From an uncultured Erysipelotrichaceae bacterium (GTDB lineage: Bacteria; Bacillota_I; Bacilli_A; Erysipelotrichales; Erysipelotrichaceae), in assembly GCA_942493105.1 (NCBI GenBank), contig OW818668.1:660001-692000 (forward strand): DNA of 32,000 nucleotides, given 5' to 3'. Positions 9,453 to 17,708 of this stretch are shown piece by piece. Under the pieces are notes generated by a model. That model was not told where the DNA came from and made no database searches. It was given only the letters and a program-made list of their open reading frames with translations. Positions within the stretch are counted from its first letter, which is position 1. The number at the start of each line of letters is the position of its first letter. The translations under genes and the position numbers were made by a program.

Positions 9453-11166
9453 ACGTCTTGATGATCATTTAACCAATATGATCGCAGCCGGAGAGGTCGT
9501 TGAAAGACCCATGGGCGTCATCAAAGAACTGATTGAGAATGCACTGGATGCCCATGCAAGTGCTATTGAAATCCGTATCGTACAAGGCGGTATCGAATCC
9601 ATAGAAGTCAATGATGATGGAGAAGGTATGGATGAAAGCGATCTCTCCATGGCCTTTGAACGTCATGCGACCAGTAAGATATCAACAGCCAAAGAATTAT
9701 TTGCCCCTAAAACCTTAGGGTTTCGTGGTGAAGCTTTACCATCCATCGCATCGGTTGCGAAAGTTACTGCCACAAGTTCTAATGGGCTAAGTTCCAATCA
9801 AATCATCATCGAATATGGAACCATTCTTCAAAAAAGAACGTATGATCGACCTCAAGGAACAAGCATACTTGTTGAAGGCTTGTTTAGAAGGACTCCTGCT
9901 CGTTTAAAACATCTTAAAACAGTGAGTTATGAAAGTGCTTTGATTACAGATCTTGTAGAAAAAATGGCCTTATGTCGAAAAGATGTGGCTTTTAAGCTCA
10001 TAGCAGATGAACAAGTAGTTCTACGAACGACAGGACGCAATGATTGGCTAGAAACATTAGCGATGACTTATGGGAATCGTTTGGCTCGTTTAGCTCATCC
10101 TTTTATGTGTGCTGATCACGACTTCAAAGTAGAAGGTTTATGGTTGGATCCTCAAGAAAATAAGTCCAATAATAAAGCCATATTGATTTTTTTGAATCAA
10201 CGCGTCATACGTTTTTATCCCATTCAAAAAGCGGTGACCGAAGCTTATCAAAACGTGATCCCACCTCATCGTTACCCCATGGTCATTTTAAACATCACAG
10301 CCGATGCTTCATTGGCCGATGTGAATGTTCATCCTTCGAAATGGGAAGTTAAACTCTCTAAGGAACAACAACTTTATTACTTGATCGTCGATGAATTATC
10401 TAAAGCCATTCACGATTCAATGAATGTGAAGAATTTTGAACCTAAAAATTTAGGACCCATCGTATCTCAGGAACAACTCTTTGAACCCTCTCATTATCCA
10501 CAAGCACAAATCCAAGTTTATCCTGAAGTTAACTCAAATCCCCGATGGGATATCCAAGAAACACCGTTAGAACCACCCATAAAACATCCAACCTTCCCTG
10601 TATTAGATCTAATTGGACAAATCCATGGCCGTTATATCATCGCCAGTGATCCTTTAACGGTCTATTTCATTGACCAACATGCGGCTAAAGAACGCATCAA
10701 TTATGAAAAGTTACTAAAACAGATCGATAAAAAAATCTCTTCTCAGCAAACCCTTCTGATCCCTTTGGTCGTTGCCTTAAAACCCAGCCTAAAGATTCGC
10801 TTTGATGCGTTAAAAAGCGAACTTCAAAAGATAGGAATCACGATCGAACTCTTTTCAGAAAGCGATGTGATCATCAGAAGCATCCCTTTATGGTTAAAAG
10901 AAGGCACCCAAGAAGCTTTCTTAAGTGATCTTCTTGAGCGTTATGAAGATGAACGAAATATCAGTACTGAAAGCTTAAGAAAAGCAGCTTTAGCGACCAC
11001 GGCCTGTCATAAATCTGTCCGTTTCAATCAACAATTAACGCTTGAAGATATGAAACAGATCTTAGATGAATTGAGTCACTGTGATCAACCTTATCACTGT
11101 CCCCATGGCCGTCCAACTTTGATCAAAATCGCCACCAAAGACCTATGGCGTGACTTTGAGCGATGA
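9439..11166 (+). CDS. mutL: DNA mismatch repair endonuclease MutL
   Basis: IRRLDDHLTNMIAAGEVVERP and the GHKL ATPase motifs (ENALDA, DDGEGM, GFRGEAL). C-terminal DQHAAKERINYE endonuclease motif and CPHGRP. Overlaps mutS by 14 nt. Confidence 0.97.
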   Translation: MGKIRRLDDHLTNMIAAGEVVERPMGVIKELIENALDAHASAIEIRIVQGGIESIEVNDDGEGMDESDLSMAFERHATSKISTAKELFAPKTLGFRGEALPSIASVAKVTATSSNGLSSNQIIIEYGTILQKRTYDRPQGTSILVEGLFRRTPARLKHLKTVSYESALITDLVEKMALCRKDVAFKLIADEQVVLRTTGRNDWLETLAMTYGNRLARLAHPFMCADHDFKVEGLWLDPQENKSNNKAILIFLNQRVIRFYPIQKAVTEAYQNVIPPHRYPMVILNITADASLADVNVHPSKWEVKLSKEQQLYYLIVDELSKAIHDSMNVKNFEPKNLGPIVSQEQLFEPSHYPQAQIQVYPEVNSNPRWDIQETPLEPPIKHPTFPVLDLIGQIHGRYIIASDPLTVYFIDQHAAKERINYEKLLKQIDKKISSQQTLLIPLVVALKPSLKIRFDALKSELQKIGITIELFSESDVIIRSIPLWLKEGTQEAFLSDLLERYEDERNISTESLRKAALATTACHKSVRFNQQLTLEDMKQILDELSHCDQPYHCPHGRPTLIKIATKDLWRDFER

Positions 11167-12071
11167 AAAAAGTACTGGTCATCGCAGGTCCTACTGCGAG
11201 CGGAAAGAGTGCCTTTGCGATAGAATGTGCCTTAGCATTTAATGGGGAAGTCATCAATGGTGATTCTCAGCAAATCTATACCCAACTCAATATCGGGACC
11301 GCAAAGATCACAGATGAAGACAAAAAAGGAGTCGCTCATCATCTGTTAAGCATCTTAGATTATAGCCAGTCTTATAGTGTTGCGGATTTTCAAAAAGATT
11401 GTCGAAAAAGCATTCAAGAAATCTCTGACCAGCATAAGTTACCTATCTTATGCGGTGGGTCAGGCCACTATTTAAAGTCAGTCCTCTATGATTATGATTT
11501 CCCAAAAGAAACTTTTCCTAGTGAAACCTATGACTTAATCAGTGATGAAGAACTCTATGAACGATTACTTAAAATTGATCCTATTGCGGCACAAAAGATC
11601 CATCCCAACAATCGAAAAAGGGTCATAAGAGCACTCAATATGGGATTAAGCGGTACATTAAAATCAGATCGTGAAGCAGCTCAAAACCATCAGCCGATCT
11701 ATGATGTGTATATGGTCGTACTAGATCTTGAACGAGCTCATTTAGTTGAACGTATCGAAAAAAGAGTCGAAGAGATGTTTAAACAAGGCTTAGAAACGGA
11801 AGTCAGGACTTATTTTAGTTCTCAAGATGCACAATGCTTTCAAAGCTTCCAAGGAATAGGGTATAAAGAATTCAGGGAAGTGCTCAATGAGAATAAATCA
11901 ATAGAATTGGCTAAGTCTGCCATCATCACACATACCCGTCAATATGCGAAAAGACAGTTGACATGGTTCAGACATCAATTCAAAGCTCAATGGGCAAATC
12001 CAACACATCAAGAATCCATGAAACAAGTCATGGAAGACATAAGCCATTGGCTTCACAAGGAGAACATATGA
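11163..12071 (+). CDS. miaA: tRNA dimethylallyltransferase
   Basis: 302 aa with the GPTASGKS P-loop, GDSQQIY and GGSGHYLKS. ATGA overlap with mutL. Confidence 0.95.
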   Translation: MKKVLVIAGPTASGKSAFAIECALAFNGEVINGDSQQIYTQLNIGTAKITDEDKKGVAHHLLSILDYSQSYSVADFQKDCRKSIQEISDQHKLPILCGGSGHYLKSVLYDYDFPKETFPSETYDLISDEELYERLLKIDPIAAQKIHPNNRKRVIRALNMGLSGTLKSDREAAQNHQPIYDVYMVVLDLERAHLVERIEKRVEEMFKQGLETEVRTYFSSQDAQCFQSFQGIGYKEFREVLNENKSIELAKSAIITHTRQYAKRQLTWFRHQFKAQWANPTHQESMKQVMEDISHWLHKENI

Positions 12072-12574
12072 AAAAAATAGTAATCGGCGGTGGTTGTTTC
12101 TGGGGCGTTGAAGAATATTATCGACGTTTAAAAGGCATAGAAGCCACCAGAGTGGGTTACGCTCAAGGCATTACTGAAAACCCAAGTTATCAAGATGTTT
12201 GTTCAGGCAAAACCAAACATGCGGAAGTCGTAGAGTTGGTTTATGATGAAAATATCATCACGCTCAAGAAGATCCTTGAACATTTATTCAGATTCATCGA
12301 TCCTACGACACTTAATCGTCAAGGTCACGACATCGGAACGCAGTATCGCGTTGGTGTTTATTATGAAGATGAAGCAGATGCTCAAATTGCCCGTGACTAC
12401 ATCCAAGAAAAGCAAGCCAGTTATAAAAAACCAATCGTACTTGAAGTTGAAAAGACTGGGATATTTTATGATGCGGAGACCTATCATCAGAAATATCTGA
12501 TCAAGAATCCAGGTGGGTATTGTCATGTGAATATGAACTTGATCAAACCCGAAGAAATGAAAGTCAAAATCTAA
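12068..12574 (+). CDS. msrA: Peptide-methionine (S)-S-oxide reductase
   Basis: MKKIVIGGGCFWGVEEYY (GCFWG active site), then HAEVVELVYD and TYHQKYL. I chose the start at 12068 (ATGA overlap with miaA) rather than the ORF-track start at 11963, which lies inside miaA. Confidence 0.93.
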   Translation: MKKIVIGGGCFWGVEEYYRRLKGIEATRVGYAQGITENPSYQDVCSGKTKHAEVVELVYDENIITLKKILEHLFRFIDPTTLNRQGHDIGTQYRVGVYYEDEADAQIARDYIQEKQASYKKPIVLEVEKTGIFYDAETYHQKYLIKNPGGYCHVNMNLIKPEEMKVKI

Positions 12575-12595
12575 ACCCGAAAGGGTTTTTATTTA
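12573..12595 (+). terminator. Rho-independent terminator candidate after msrA
   Basis: aaaccc (12573-12578), loop gaaa, gggttt (12583-12588), followed by ttatttagg. The stem is short (6 bp). Confidence 0.5.
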
Positions 12596-12638
12596 GGAGT
12601 CAACAAGATTTCAACATACAGTGTAGTGAGGATCAAGT

Positions 12639-13493
12639 ATGTTGAACGTAAAAGCAGTCTCAAAAAGTTATCATCGCAGAAAAGTATTGGATGAATGTAG
12701 TTTTACATGTGAACCCTATCAGATCATGGGTGTTTTTGGGCATAATGGTTGTGGTAAGAGTACTTTATTTCGAATCATTTGCGGTATTATTAAGCCCGAT
12801 CATGGTGAAGTCGTTGTTGATAAAGATATAGTTGGATATATGCCTGAACAAAGATCTTTATTGATCGATCTTACATTGACTCAGCAAGCAAAAATGTTGG
12901 GTAAACTAAGAAATCTCAATGAGATTCAAACCGAACGATCTTTACATGAACTATTAGACACATTTAAATTTAATGAAATGGCATACAAACCCATGAAGAC
13001 CCTTTCTAAAGGTAATCAACAGAAGGCACAATTGATTCTGTCGATGATTCATCAACCCAAAGTGCTCATTCTAGATGAGCCTTTTAATGGCTTGGACTAC
13101 TTAAGTCAAATTGAATTATCACGATGGCTCAGAAACTATGCTCAAAAAGGAAATGCGGTGTTGATATCATCGCATCAACTGGAACATATGGATGGATTAT
13201 GCGATGAGATATTGATTTTAGATCACGGAAAGACCATCAAACAAGGTCATCTACATGCATTGCGAGAACAACATCAACAATACTCTGTAAAAGTCAATGC
13301 CGACAGTAATTGGAAGGATTTTAACTTTGCCTATGCGTCACTGACAGCTGTTGATTCATGGATCGAAGTTAGATTTACTACTTTGAATCAAGCAAAAAAA
13401 GCAGTTGGTGTCTTTCTAAAGGATAAAAGTGTTCAGTCGCTTCACTTAGAAATGGTCGCATTAAGCGAATTGATCCAAGTATGCGATCTTTGA
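12639..13493 (+). CDS. ABC transporter ATP-binding protein (ABC-2 / NatA-like exporter type)
   Basis: Walker A GHNGCGKST, signature LSKGNQQK, Walker B LILDEP, H-loop SSHQ, plus an extra C-terminal domain of about 80 aa. Confidence 0.9.
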   Translation: MLNVKAVSKSYHRRKVLDECSFTCEPYQIMGVFGHNGCGKSTLFRIICGIIKPDHGEVVVDKDIVGYMPEQRSLLIDLTLTQQAKMLGKLRNLNEIQTERSLHELLDTFKFNEMAYKPMKTLSKGNQQKAQLILSMIHQPKVLILDEPFNGLDYLSQIELSRWLRNYAQKGNAVLISSHQLEHMDGLCDEILILDHGKTIKQGHLHALREQHQQYSVKVNADSNWKDFNFAYASLTAVDSWIEVRFTTLNQAKKAVGVFLKDKSVQSLHLEMVALSELIQVCDL

Positions 13494-14653
13494 TTCTGTT
13501 TTCGCTTAAAAGAAGGTTTTTAAATCCGCTCGCAATATCTTTGCAGATCCTTTTTACGATCGTATTGATCGTTTTGTTTAATCTGGATCATCTCAGTGAC
13601 ACTTATCATCTGAATTTCAGCACACCTTATCTAATACAAGTGGCTAGCGAAACGATGGATGAGTTGTTGCCTATTGAATATTGGGAAAAGCAAGGCTTTA
13701 TTTTGGTTGAAGACAAAGCCCAACTTTCAATTGATTATCGAAATGGGATTTATGAAGTAAAAGGAGCCGCTTCTTTGACTTTACAAGCTAAAATCTATGC
13801 CTTATTACTTCAATCCCATCAACAAAAAATACTCAACACCAGCCATCCGTCAGTTTCTGAATTCATCATGAACTACAACTCTGTTCCCCTGGTTTTTGAT
13901 TCTCCGATCGATCCGCTTGAAGCCATTCAAAGCAACTTGGTTTTTGCGATATTGACATCAGTCTATTTTATGATTTTGAATTTTATCTCTGTTAACTCTA
14001 ATGAGATCATTCAAGAAAAAACATCTAACGTCCTAGAGTTCATATTGACCAGCATTACCCCTTTCCAACATTTTTGCGCCAAGATTCTGTCTGGATTGAT
14101 TACGGTTTTGGTACAAATTGGACTAAGCATAGGTATTTTTAGTGGTTTATTGATACAAAGACTCAATATGGATCAAGGTAAGGGCTTGTTTATGCTTGCG
14201 AATAAGTACTTTAACCTTGAAGGCAGCGGAATCAATTTTGACATGATTTCTAATGTTCTAAAATTTTCACCCGATATACTTGTAAAAATGATTTTTGCTT
14301 TCCTATTTCTAATACTTGGTCTATTGATTCTTCAAGTCATGATTTTGATACTTTCTTCTAGAGTCAAGACAATTGAAGAGGCGGCATCAATTCAAGGACC
14401 TTTCTATTTAGGGCTACTTGCGATCTACTATGTGTGTTTGATTTTGAACACACCACAGCAGCTTTCGACAGGTGTAGGACGCATTTTATCACTTGTTCCG
14501 ATAAGCTCAATGCTGATGATGGGGATGAGAATATTAAGTGCGAAAGTTGCATACGATGAGTTGAGTCTATCACTTTTGATTTCATTTTTATCACTGTTTG
14601 GGATAATGGTGTGTGGTTTTCACTGGTATAGAAAAGGGCTAGTAAATGAATAA
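13481..14653 (+). CDS. ABC-2 type transporter permease
   Basis: 390 aa. It overlaps the ATPase gene by 13 nt. One N-terminal TM helix and a large extracytoplasmic loop are followed by about 5 C-terminal TM helices, the typical ABC-2/NatB-like topology. Confidence 0.7.
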   Translation: MRSLILFSLKRRFLNPLAISLQILFTIVLIVLFNLDHLSDTYHLNFSTPYLIQVASETMDELLPIEYWEKQGFILVEDKAQLSIDYRNGIYEVKGAASLTLQAKIYALLLQSHQQKILNTSHPSVSEFIMNYNSVPLVFDSPIDPLEAIQSNLVFAILTSVYFMILNFISVNSNEIIQEKTSNVLEFILTSITPFQHFCAKILSGLITVLVQIGLSIGIFSGLLIQRLNMDQGKGLFMLANKYFNLEGSGINFDMISNVLKFSPDILVKMIFAFLFLILGLLILQVMILILSSRVKTIEEAASIQGPFYLGLLAIYYVCLILNTPQQLSTGVGRILSLVPISSMLMMGMRILSAKVAYDELSLSLLISFLSLFGIMVCGFHWYRKGLVNE

Positions 14654-14759
14654 ACAAGATCACTTGTGAAAATACTAATTTATTGACACATAGTTTGGTG
14701 AAATGTGTTAGACGTGTGAAAATTAAGTCGTTAAAAGTGAAAGAAGTGCGATGTTTAAC

Positions 14760-14788
14760 TTGATTGTTACTTGTGAATTTTTTATAAT
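14760..14788 (+). promoter_or_regulatory. Sigma-A type promoter candidate for the lipoprotein gene
   Basis: TTGATT (14760-14765), a 17-nt spacer, then TATAAT (14783-14788), about 25 nt upstream of the ATG at 14814. Confidence 0.55.
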
Positions 14789-14813
14789 AAGTATGTTTCA
14801 AGGAGGAAATGAA

Positions 14814-15872
14814 ATGAAAAAAGTATTAGTTGGTTTACTCGCAATCGCGATGCTAGCCATTACTCTGACTGGCTGCACTACAGAGAAGACTTACAAGTAT
14901 GGAACAGGGATCAGTATCAAAGTTACTGGAGCTGCTGCAGTTCCTGCTGCCGGCGAAGTTGCTGCTAAAGATGGCAATTATGCTGTAAACACCGACATCG
15001 TTACCGTTGTTTTAGACAAAAATAACAAGATTGTCAGCGCTACATGGGATGTTGCTCAATCCAGCAATTTGAAATTTGATGTTACTGGCTTATTAAAAGT
15101 TGACTTGGCTACATACTCCATGAAGACAAAACTTCAAAAGGGTACAGAATACGGCATGTCAGCAAATTGCGTAACAGGCCAAATTTGTAAAGAATGGAAT
15201 GTTCAATCAAAATTCTTCACTGACTATTTAGTTGGTAAGACTGTTGATCAAGTTAAGGCTATTGAAATGGTTGATGGCTATGCAAAAGATGCAGCAATCA
15301 AAGCTGGAACAACTGTCCACATCAATGGATTCTTCCCAGCATTCGAAAAAGCTGTTGCTAATGCAGTAGAAGCTAAAAAAGTTGCTAAATTCGGTGTTGG
15401 TATCAGTATCAAAGTTACTGGTGCTGCTGCTGTTGCTGCTGCTGGTGAAGTTGCTGCAAAAGATGGTAACTATGCAGTCAATACAGACGTTGTTTCAGTC
15501 TTGCTAGACAAGAATGACAAAGTCATCAGTGCTGTTTGGGATGTTGCTCAATCCAGCAATTTGAAATTTGATGTTACTGGCTTATTAAAAGTTGACTTGG
15601 CTACATACTCCATGAAGACAAAACTTCAAAAGGGTACAGAATACGGCATGTCAGCAAATTGCGTAACAGGCCAAATTTGTAAAGAATGGAATGTTCAATC
15701 GAAATCCTTCACTGACTATTTAGTTGGTAAGACAGTAGCAGAAGTTAAGGCTATTGAAATGGTTGATGGCTACGCAAAAGATGCAACAATCAAAGCTGGA
15801 ACAACTGTCCACATCAATGGATTCTTCCCAGCATTCGAAAAAGCTGTTGCTAATACTGTCGTTATCAAATAA
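14814..15872 (+). CDS. Lipoprotein of unknown function made of two tandem ~164-aa repeats
   Basis: AGGAGG lies 7 nt upstream. The signal peptide MKKVLVGLLAIAMLAITLTGC carries an L-T-G-C lipobox. The mature protein is two copies of the same domain (GISIKVTGAAAV...KDGNYAVNTD...WDVAQSSNLKFDVTGLLKVDLATYSMKTKLQKGTEYGM...KEWNVQSK...GTTVHINGFFPAFEKAVAN). The ORF-track start at 14751 runs through the promoter and was rejected. Confidence 0.8.
   Translation: MKKVLVGLLAIAMLAITLTGCTTEKTYKYGTGISIKVTGAAAVPAAGEVAAKDGNYAVNTDIVTVVLDKNNKIVSATWDVAQSSNLKFDVTGLLKVDLATYSMKTKLQKGTEYGMSANCVTGQICKEWNVQSKFFTDYLVGKTVDQVKAIEMVDGYAKDAAIKAGTTVHINGFFPAFEKAVANAVEAKKVAKFGVGISIKVTGAAAVAAAGEVAAKDGNYAVNTDVVSVLLDKNDKVISAVWDVAQSSNLKFDVTGLLKVDLATYSMKTKLQKGTEYGMSANCVTGQICKEWNVQSKSFTDYLVGKTVAEVKAIEMVDGYAKDATIKAGTTVHINGFFPAFEKAVANTVVIK
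14896..15857 (+). repeat. Intragenic tandem duplication, period 492 nt (2 copies)
   Basis: Positions 14910 and 15402 align, as do 15045 and 15537. Positions 15045-15208 are identical base for base to 15537-15700 (164 nt). The preceding ~135 nt differ at many, mostly synonymous, positions. Confidence 0.95.
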
Positions 15873-15896
15873 TTCATAAAAGTTAAATTAAGAAAA

Positions 15897-15930
15897 AGAC
15901 CGATTCATCATGAATCGGTCTTTTATTTAT
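15897..15930. terminator. Bidirectional rho-independent terminator between the lipoprotein gene and the DeoR gene
   Basis: The 11-bp perfect stem aagaccgattc (15897-15907) pairs with gaatcggtctt (15913-15923) around the loop atcat. It is flanked by an A-run upstream and ttttattt downstream, so a U-tract exists on both strands. Confidence 0.8.
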
Positions 15931-15952
15931 ATAACTGTAATTTATGTTTTGG

Positions 15953-16732
15953 TTAAATTGCTTCTACATCAACTTGGATGATTTTAACGTTTTTATCTCT
16001 TAGTTGTGTTAGGTGTTCTTCTGATGCAGAACTATCTGTGATCAAATAGTCGATTTTATTGATTGAGCTGCTGACAAAGCTATGATTATGACCTACTTTG
16101 GTGCTGTCTGCCAACACAAATCGTGGTCCGGTACATTGTCTCAACATGACCTCATTGATTGCGACCTCAGCTAATACAGCGGTTGTCATACCGACTTGTG
16201 CACTGATTCCGCTGCACCCAATAAAGGCTTTATTGGCGCTGACTCTTGAAAGGTTGTTATAAGCAAATTCCCCAACCATTGATTCTTTTGGCTCTCTGAG
16301 TTCTCCGCCTGTCAACAGAACACTGATCAAGTTATCCTTTTGAATGAAGATCGCATTCGCATTATTGGTTATCACGTTGACTCGTTTATGTTTGATGTAT
16401 TTAAGGATAAGCAAAGCCGTGGAAGATGTGTTGACGAAGATGGTGTCCCCATCGTCTACGAATTCCGCTGCTTTTTTAGCGATGGCATTTTTCCTAAGTT
16501 CCTTTATATCATTCACGTTACAGGATTGTTGAAAGGATTCAATCAGTGTAGCGCCTCCATAATGACGTGAGATCCGCTCCTTATCTTCCCAGAACTGAAG
16601 ATCTCTGCGGATGGTCAAAGGGCTGACTTTGAGTCGATCTGCCAACTCATCCACTTTGATGTTTGGACTGATGGATAACTCAAACAGGAGTTGGTTACGT
16701 CGTTCATCGACGATTTTTTTGTGTCTTTTCAT
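15953..16732 (-). CDS. DeoR/GlpR-family transcriptional regulator (candidate UlaR-type repressor of the adjacent ula operon)
   Basis: N-terminal wHTH (ERRNQLLFELS...IKVDELADRLKVSPLTIRRDL) and a C-terminal DeoR sugar-phosphate sensor domain (ITNNANA, FIGCSGIS, VLADSTK). GAGGA lies 8 nt upstream of the ATG. Confidence 0.85.
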   Translation of the reverse strand: MKRHKKIVDERRNQLLFELSISPNIKVDELADRLKVSPLTIRRDLQFWEDKERISRHYGGATLIESFQQSCNVNDIKELRKNAIAKKAAEFVDDGDTIFVNTSSTALLILKYIKHKRVNVITNNANAIFIQKDNLISVLLTGGELREPKESMVGEFAYNNLSRVSANKAFIGCSGISAQVGMTTAVLAEVAINEVMLRQCTGPRFVLADSTKVGHNHSFVSSSINKIDYLITDSSASEEHLTQLRDKNVKIIQVDVEAI

Positions 16733-17531
16733 GTTTTAATTCCTCGTATTTTTGTTGTGCTTTATCTTTAATGACCATTTTATTAGCAATTTTAATAACT
16801 GTTTCATAATGACTCAATGCATCCGATACATTACCTCTTTCAGTTTCCACATTCGCCACTAAATATAGATGGTGAGCCTGTTCGCGAGGGTTAAGAGCAG
16901 TCGTATTGGCTTTTGAAAGGATACTGTTGGCTTCTTTTGAATCGTTGGTCAGTAAGGCGTATTCGGCTTCTATGTCAAACCATGCATATAAAGGACTTAG
17001 CTTTTTACCTTTACCCATGAAATCTTTTAACTTAATCAGATCAGCATAAGCTTTTTTTATTTGAGTCTTATTGTTTAAGATCACATAAGCTTTATAGAGT
17101 GAATAATTCTTGATCAAGATCATATCTTTGCCAGACTTGGTTAATTTATTATCCTCGGCAAACAGATCTAGTAATGCCTGTGCATTTTCGGTATCAATAT
17201 AAACCAGTGAATTAAAGGCAACATAGGGTACATTGTATCCTCTAAATATGTCCCATTTCTTTAAGGTTTTCATGGTCTGTTCACCTTTAAACGGATCACA
17301 TTCAACTGTCAATTGATAAATGGCTTTCTGGAAAAAGAAATTCAAAGTTTCTTTTAGAACCAAAGAACCCGCGAAGAAGACGGTGATGATAAGTATGAAC
17401 ATAACGCCCATCCATTCAGACTGCTGAAGCATTAACGAAATAGAATAACCAACAAATATCGCTAAAACAACGATATTCATATAGAAATTTGTTTTTTCTC
17501 GTTTTGTATAATAGCGTTTAATGGCATTCAT
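16704..17531 (-). CDS. Membrane protein with two N-terminal TM helices and a cytoplasmic helical-repeat (TPR-like) domain, function unknown
   Basis: I chose the start at 17531 (MNAIKRYY...) because AAGGAGA precedes it. The ORF-track start at 17567 has no RBS. The TM helices are YMNIVVLAIFVGYSISLML and WMGVMFILIITVFFAGSLVL. The C-terminal part is predicted all-helical with repeat-like segments. Its 3' end overlaps the DeoR start by 29 nt. Confidence 0.6.
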   Translation of the reverse strand: MNAIKRYYTKREKTNFYMNIVVLAIFVGYSISLMLQQSEWMGVMFILIITVFFAGSLVLKETLNFFFQKAIYQLTVECDPFKGEQTMKTLKKWDIFRGYNVPYVAFNSLVYIDTENAQALLDLFAEDNKLTKSGKDMILIKNYSLYKAYVILNNKTQIKKAYADLIKLKDFMGKGKKLSPLYAWFDIEAEYALLTNDSKEANSILSKANTTALNPREQAHHLYLVANVETERGNVSDALSHYETVIKIANKMVIKDKAQQKYEELKHEKTQKNRR

Positions 17532-17558
17532 AAAGGTATCTCCTTGAAATATATGATT

Positions 17559-17587
17559 AATATACAATTAAAAGTTCATATAATCAA
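17559..17587 (-). promoter_or_regulatory. Promoter candidate for the membrane-protein/DeoR operon
   Basis: On the minus strand: TTGATT (17587-17582), a 17-nt spacer, then TATATT (17564-17559). The spacer contains one copy of the GTTCATATAA repeat. Confidence 0.45.
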
Positions 17588-17648
17588 ATGAAAACGCTGA
17601 CAAAAATTTAAGTGTTCATATAAACGCCATAAAATTCATAAAATGACC

Positions 17649-17677
17649 TTGTTTAAATGAAAACTTTAGAATATTAT
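17649..17677 (+). promoter_or_regulatory. Promoter candidate for the ula operon
   Basis: TTGTTT (17649-17654), a 17-nt spacer, then TATTAT (17672-17677). The spacer begins with the repeated AAATGAAAAC motif. Confidence 0.45.
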
Positions 17678-17708
17678 GGGTGCATAAACGAAAGAATAGA
17701 GGTTAACT

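Noticed and set aside
11963-12067. Upstream extension of msrA (ORF-track start at 11963)
   Set aside because: The extension lies inside the miaA coding region in another frame. The MsrA homology begins at MKKIVIGGGCFWG (12068), whose ATG forms an ATGA overlap with the miaA stop.
14364-14801. 145-aa minus-strand ORF spanning the permease 3' end and the intergenic region
   Set aside because: It is antisense to the ABC-2 permease gene and runs through the predicted lipoprotein promoter. It has no RBS and no recognisable motifs.
14751-14813. Longer lipoprotein start (MFNLIVTCEFFIISMFQGGNE...)
   Set aside because: It would place the predicted -35 and -10 boxes and the AGGAGG RBS inside the coding sequence. 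The signal peptide and lipobox begin at the ATG at 14814.
14814-15872. Idea that the duplicated lipoprotein is a two-domain FMN-binding (PplA-like) flavinylated protein
   Set aside because: There is only a loose resemblance (VTVVLDKNNKIVS.., ..AGTTVHI..). The canonical flavinylation motif (D-x-x-S-G-A-T/S) is not present, so I cannot support the assignment from sequence alone.
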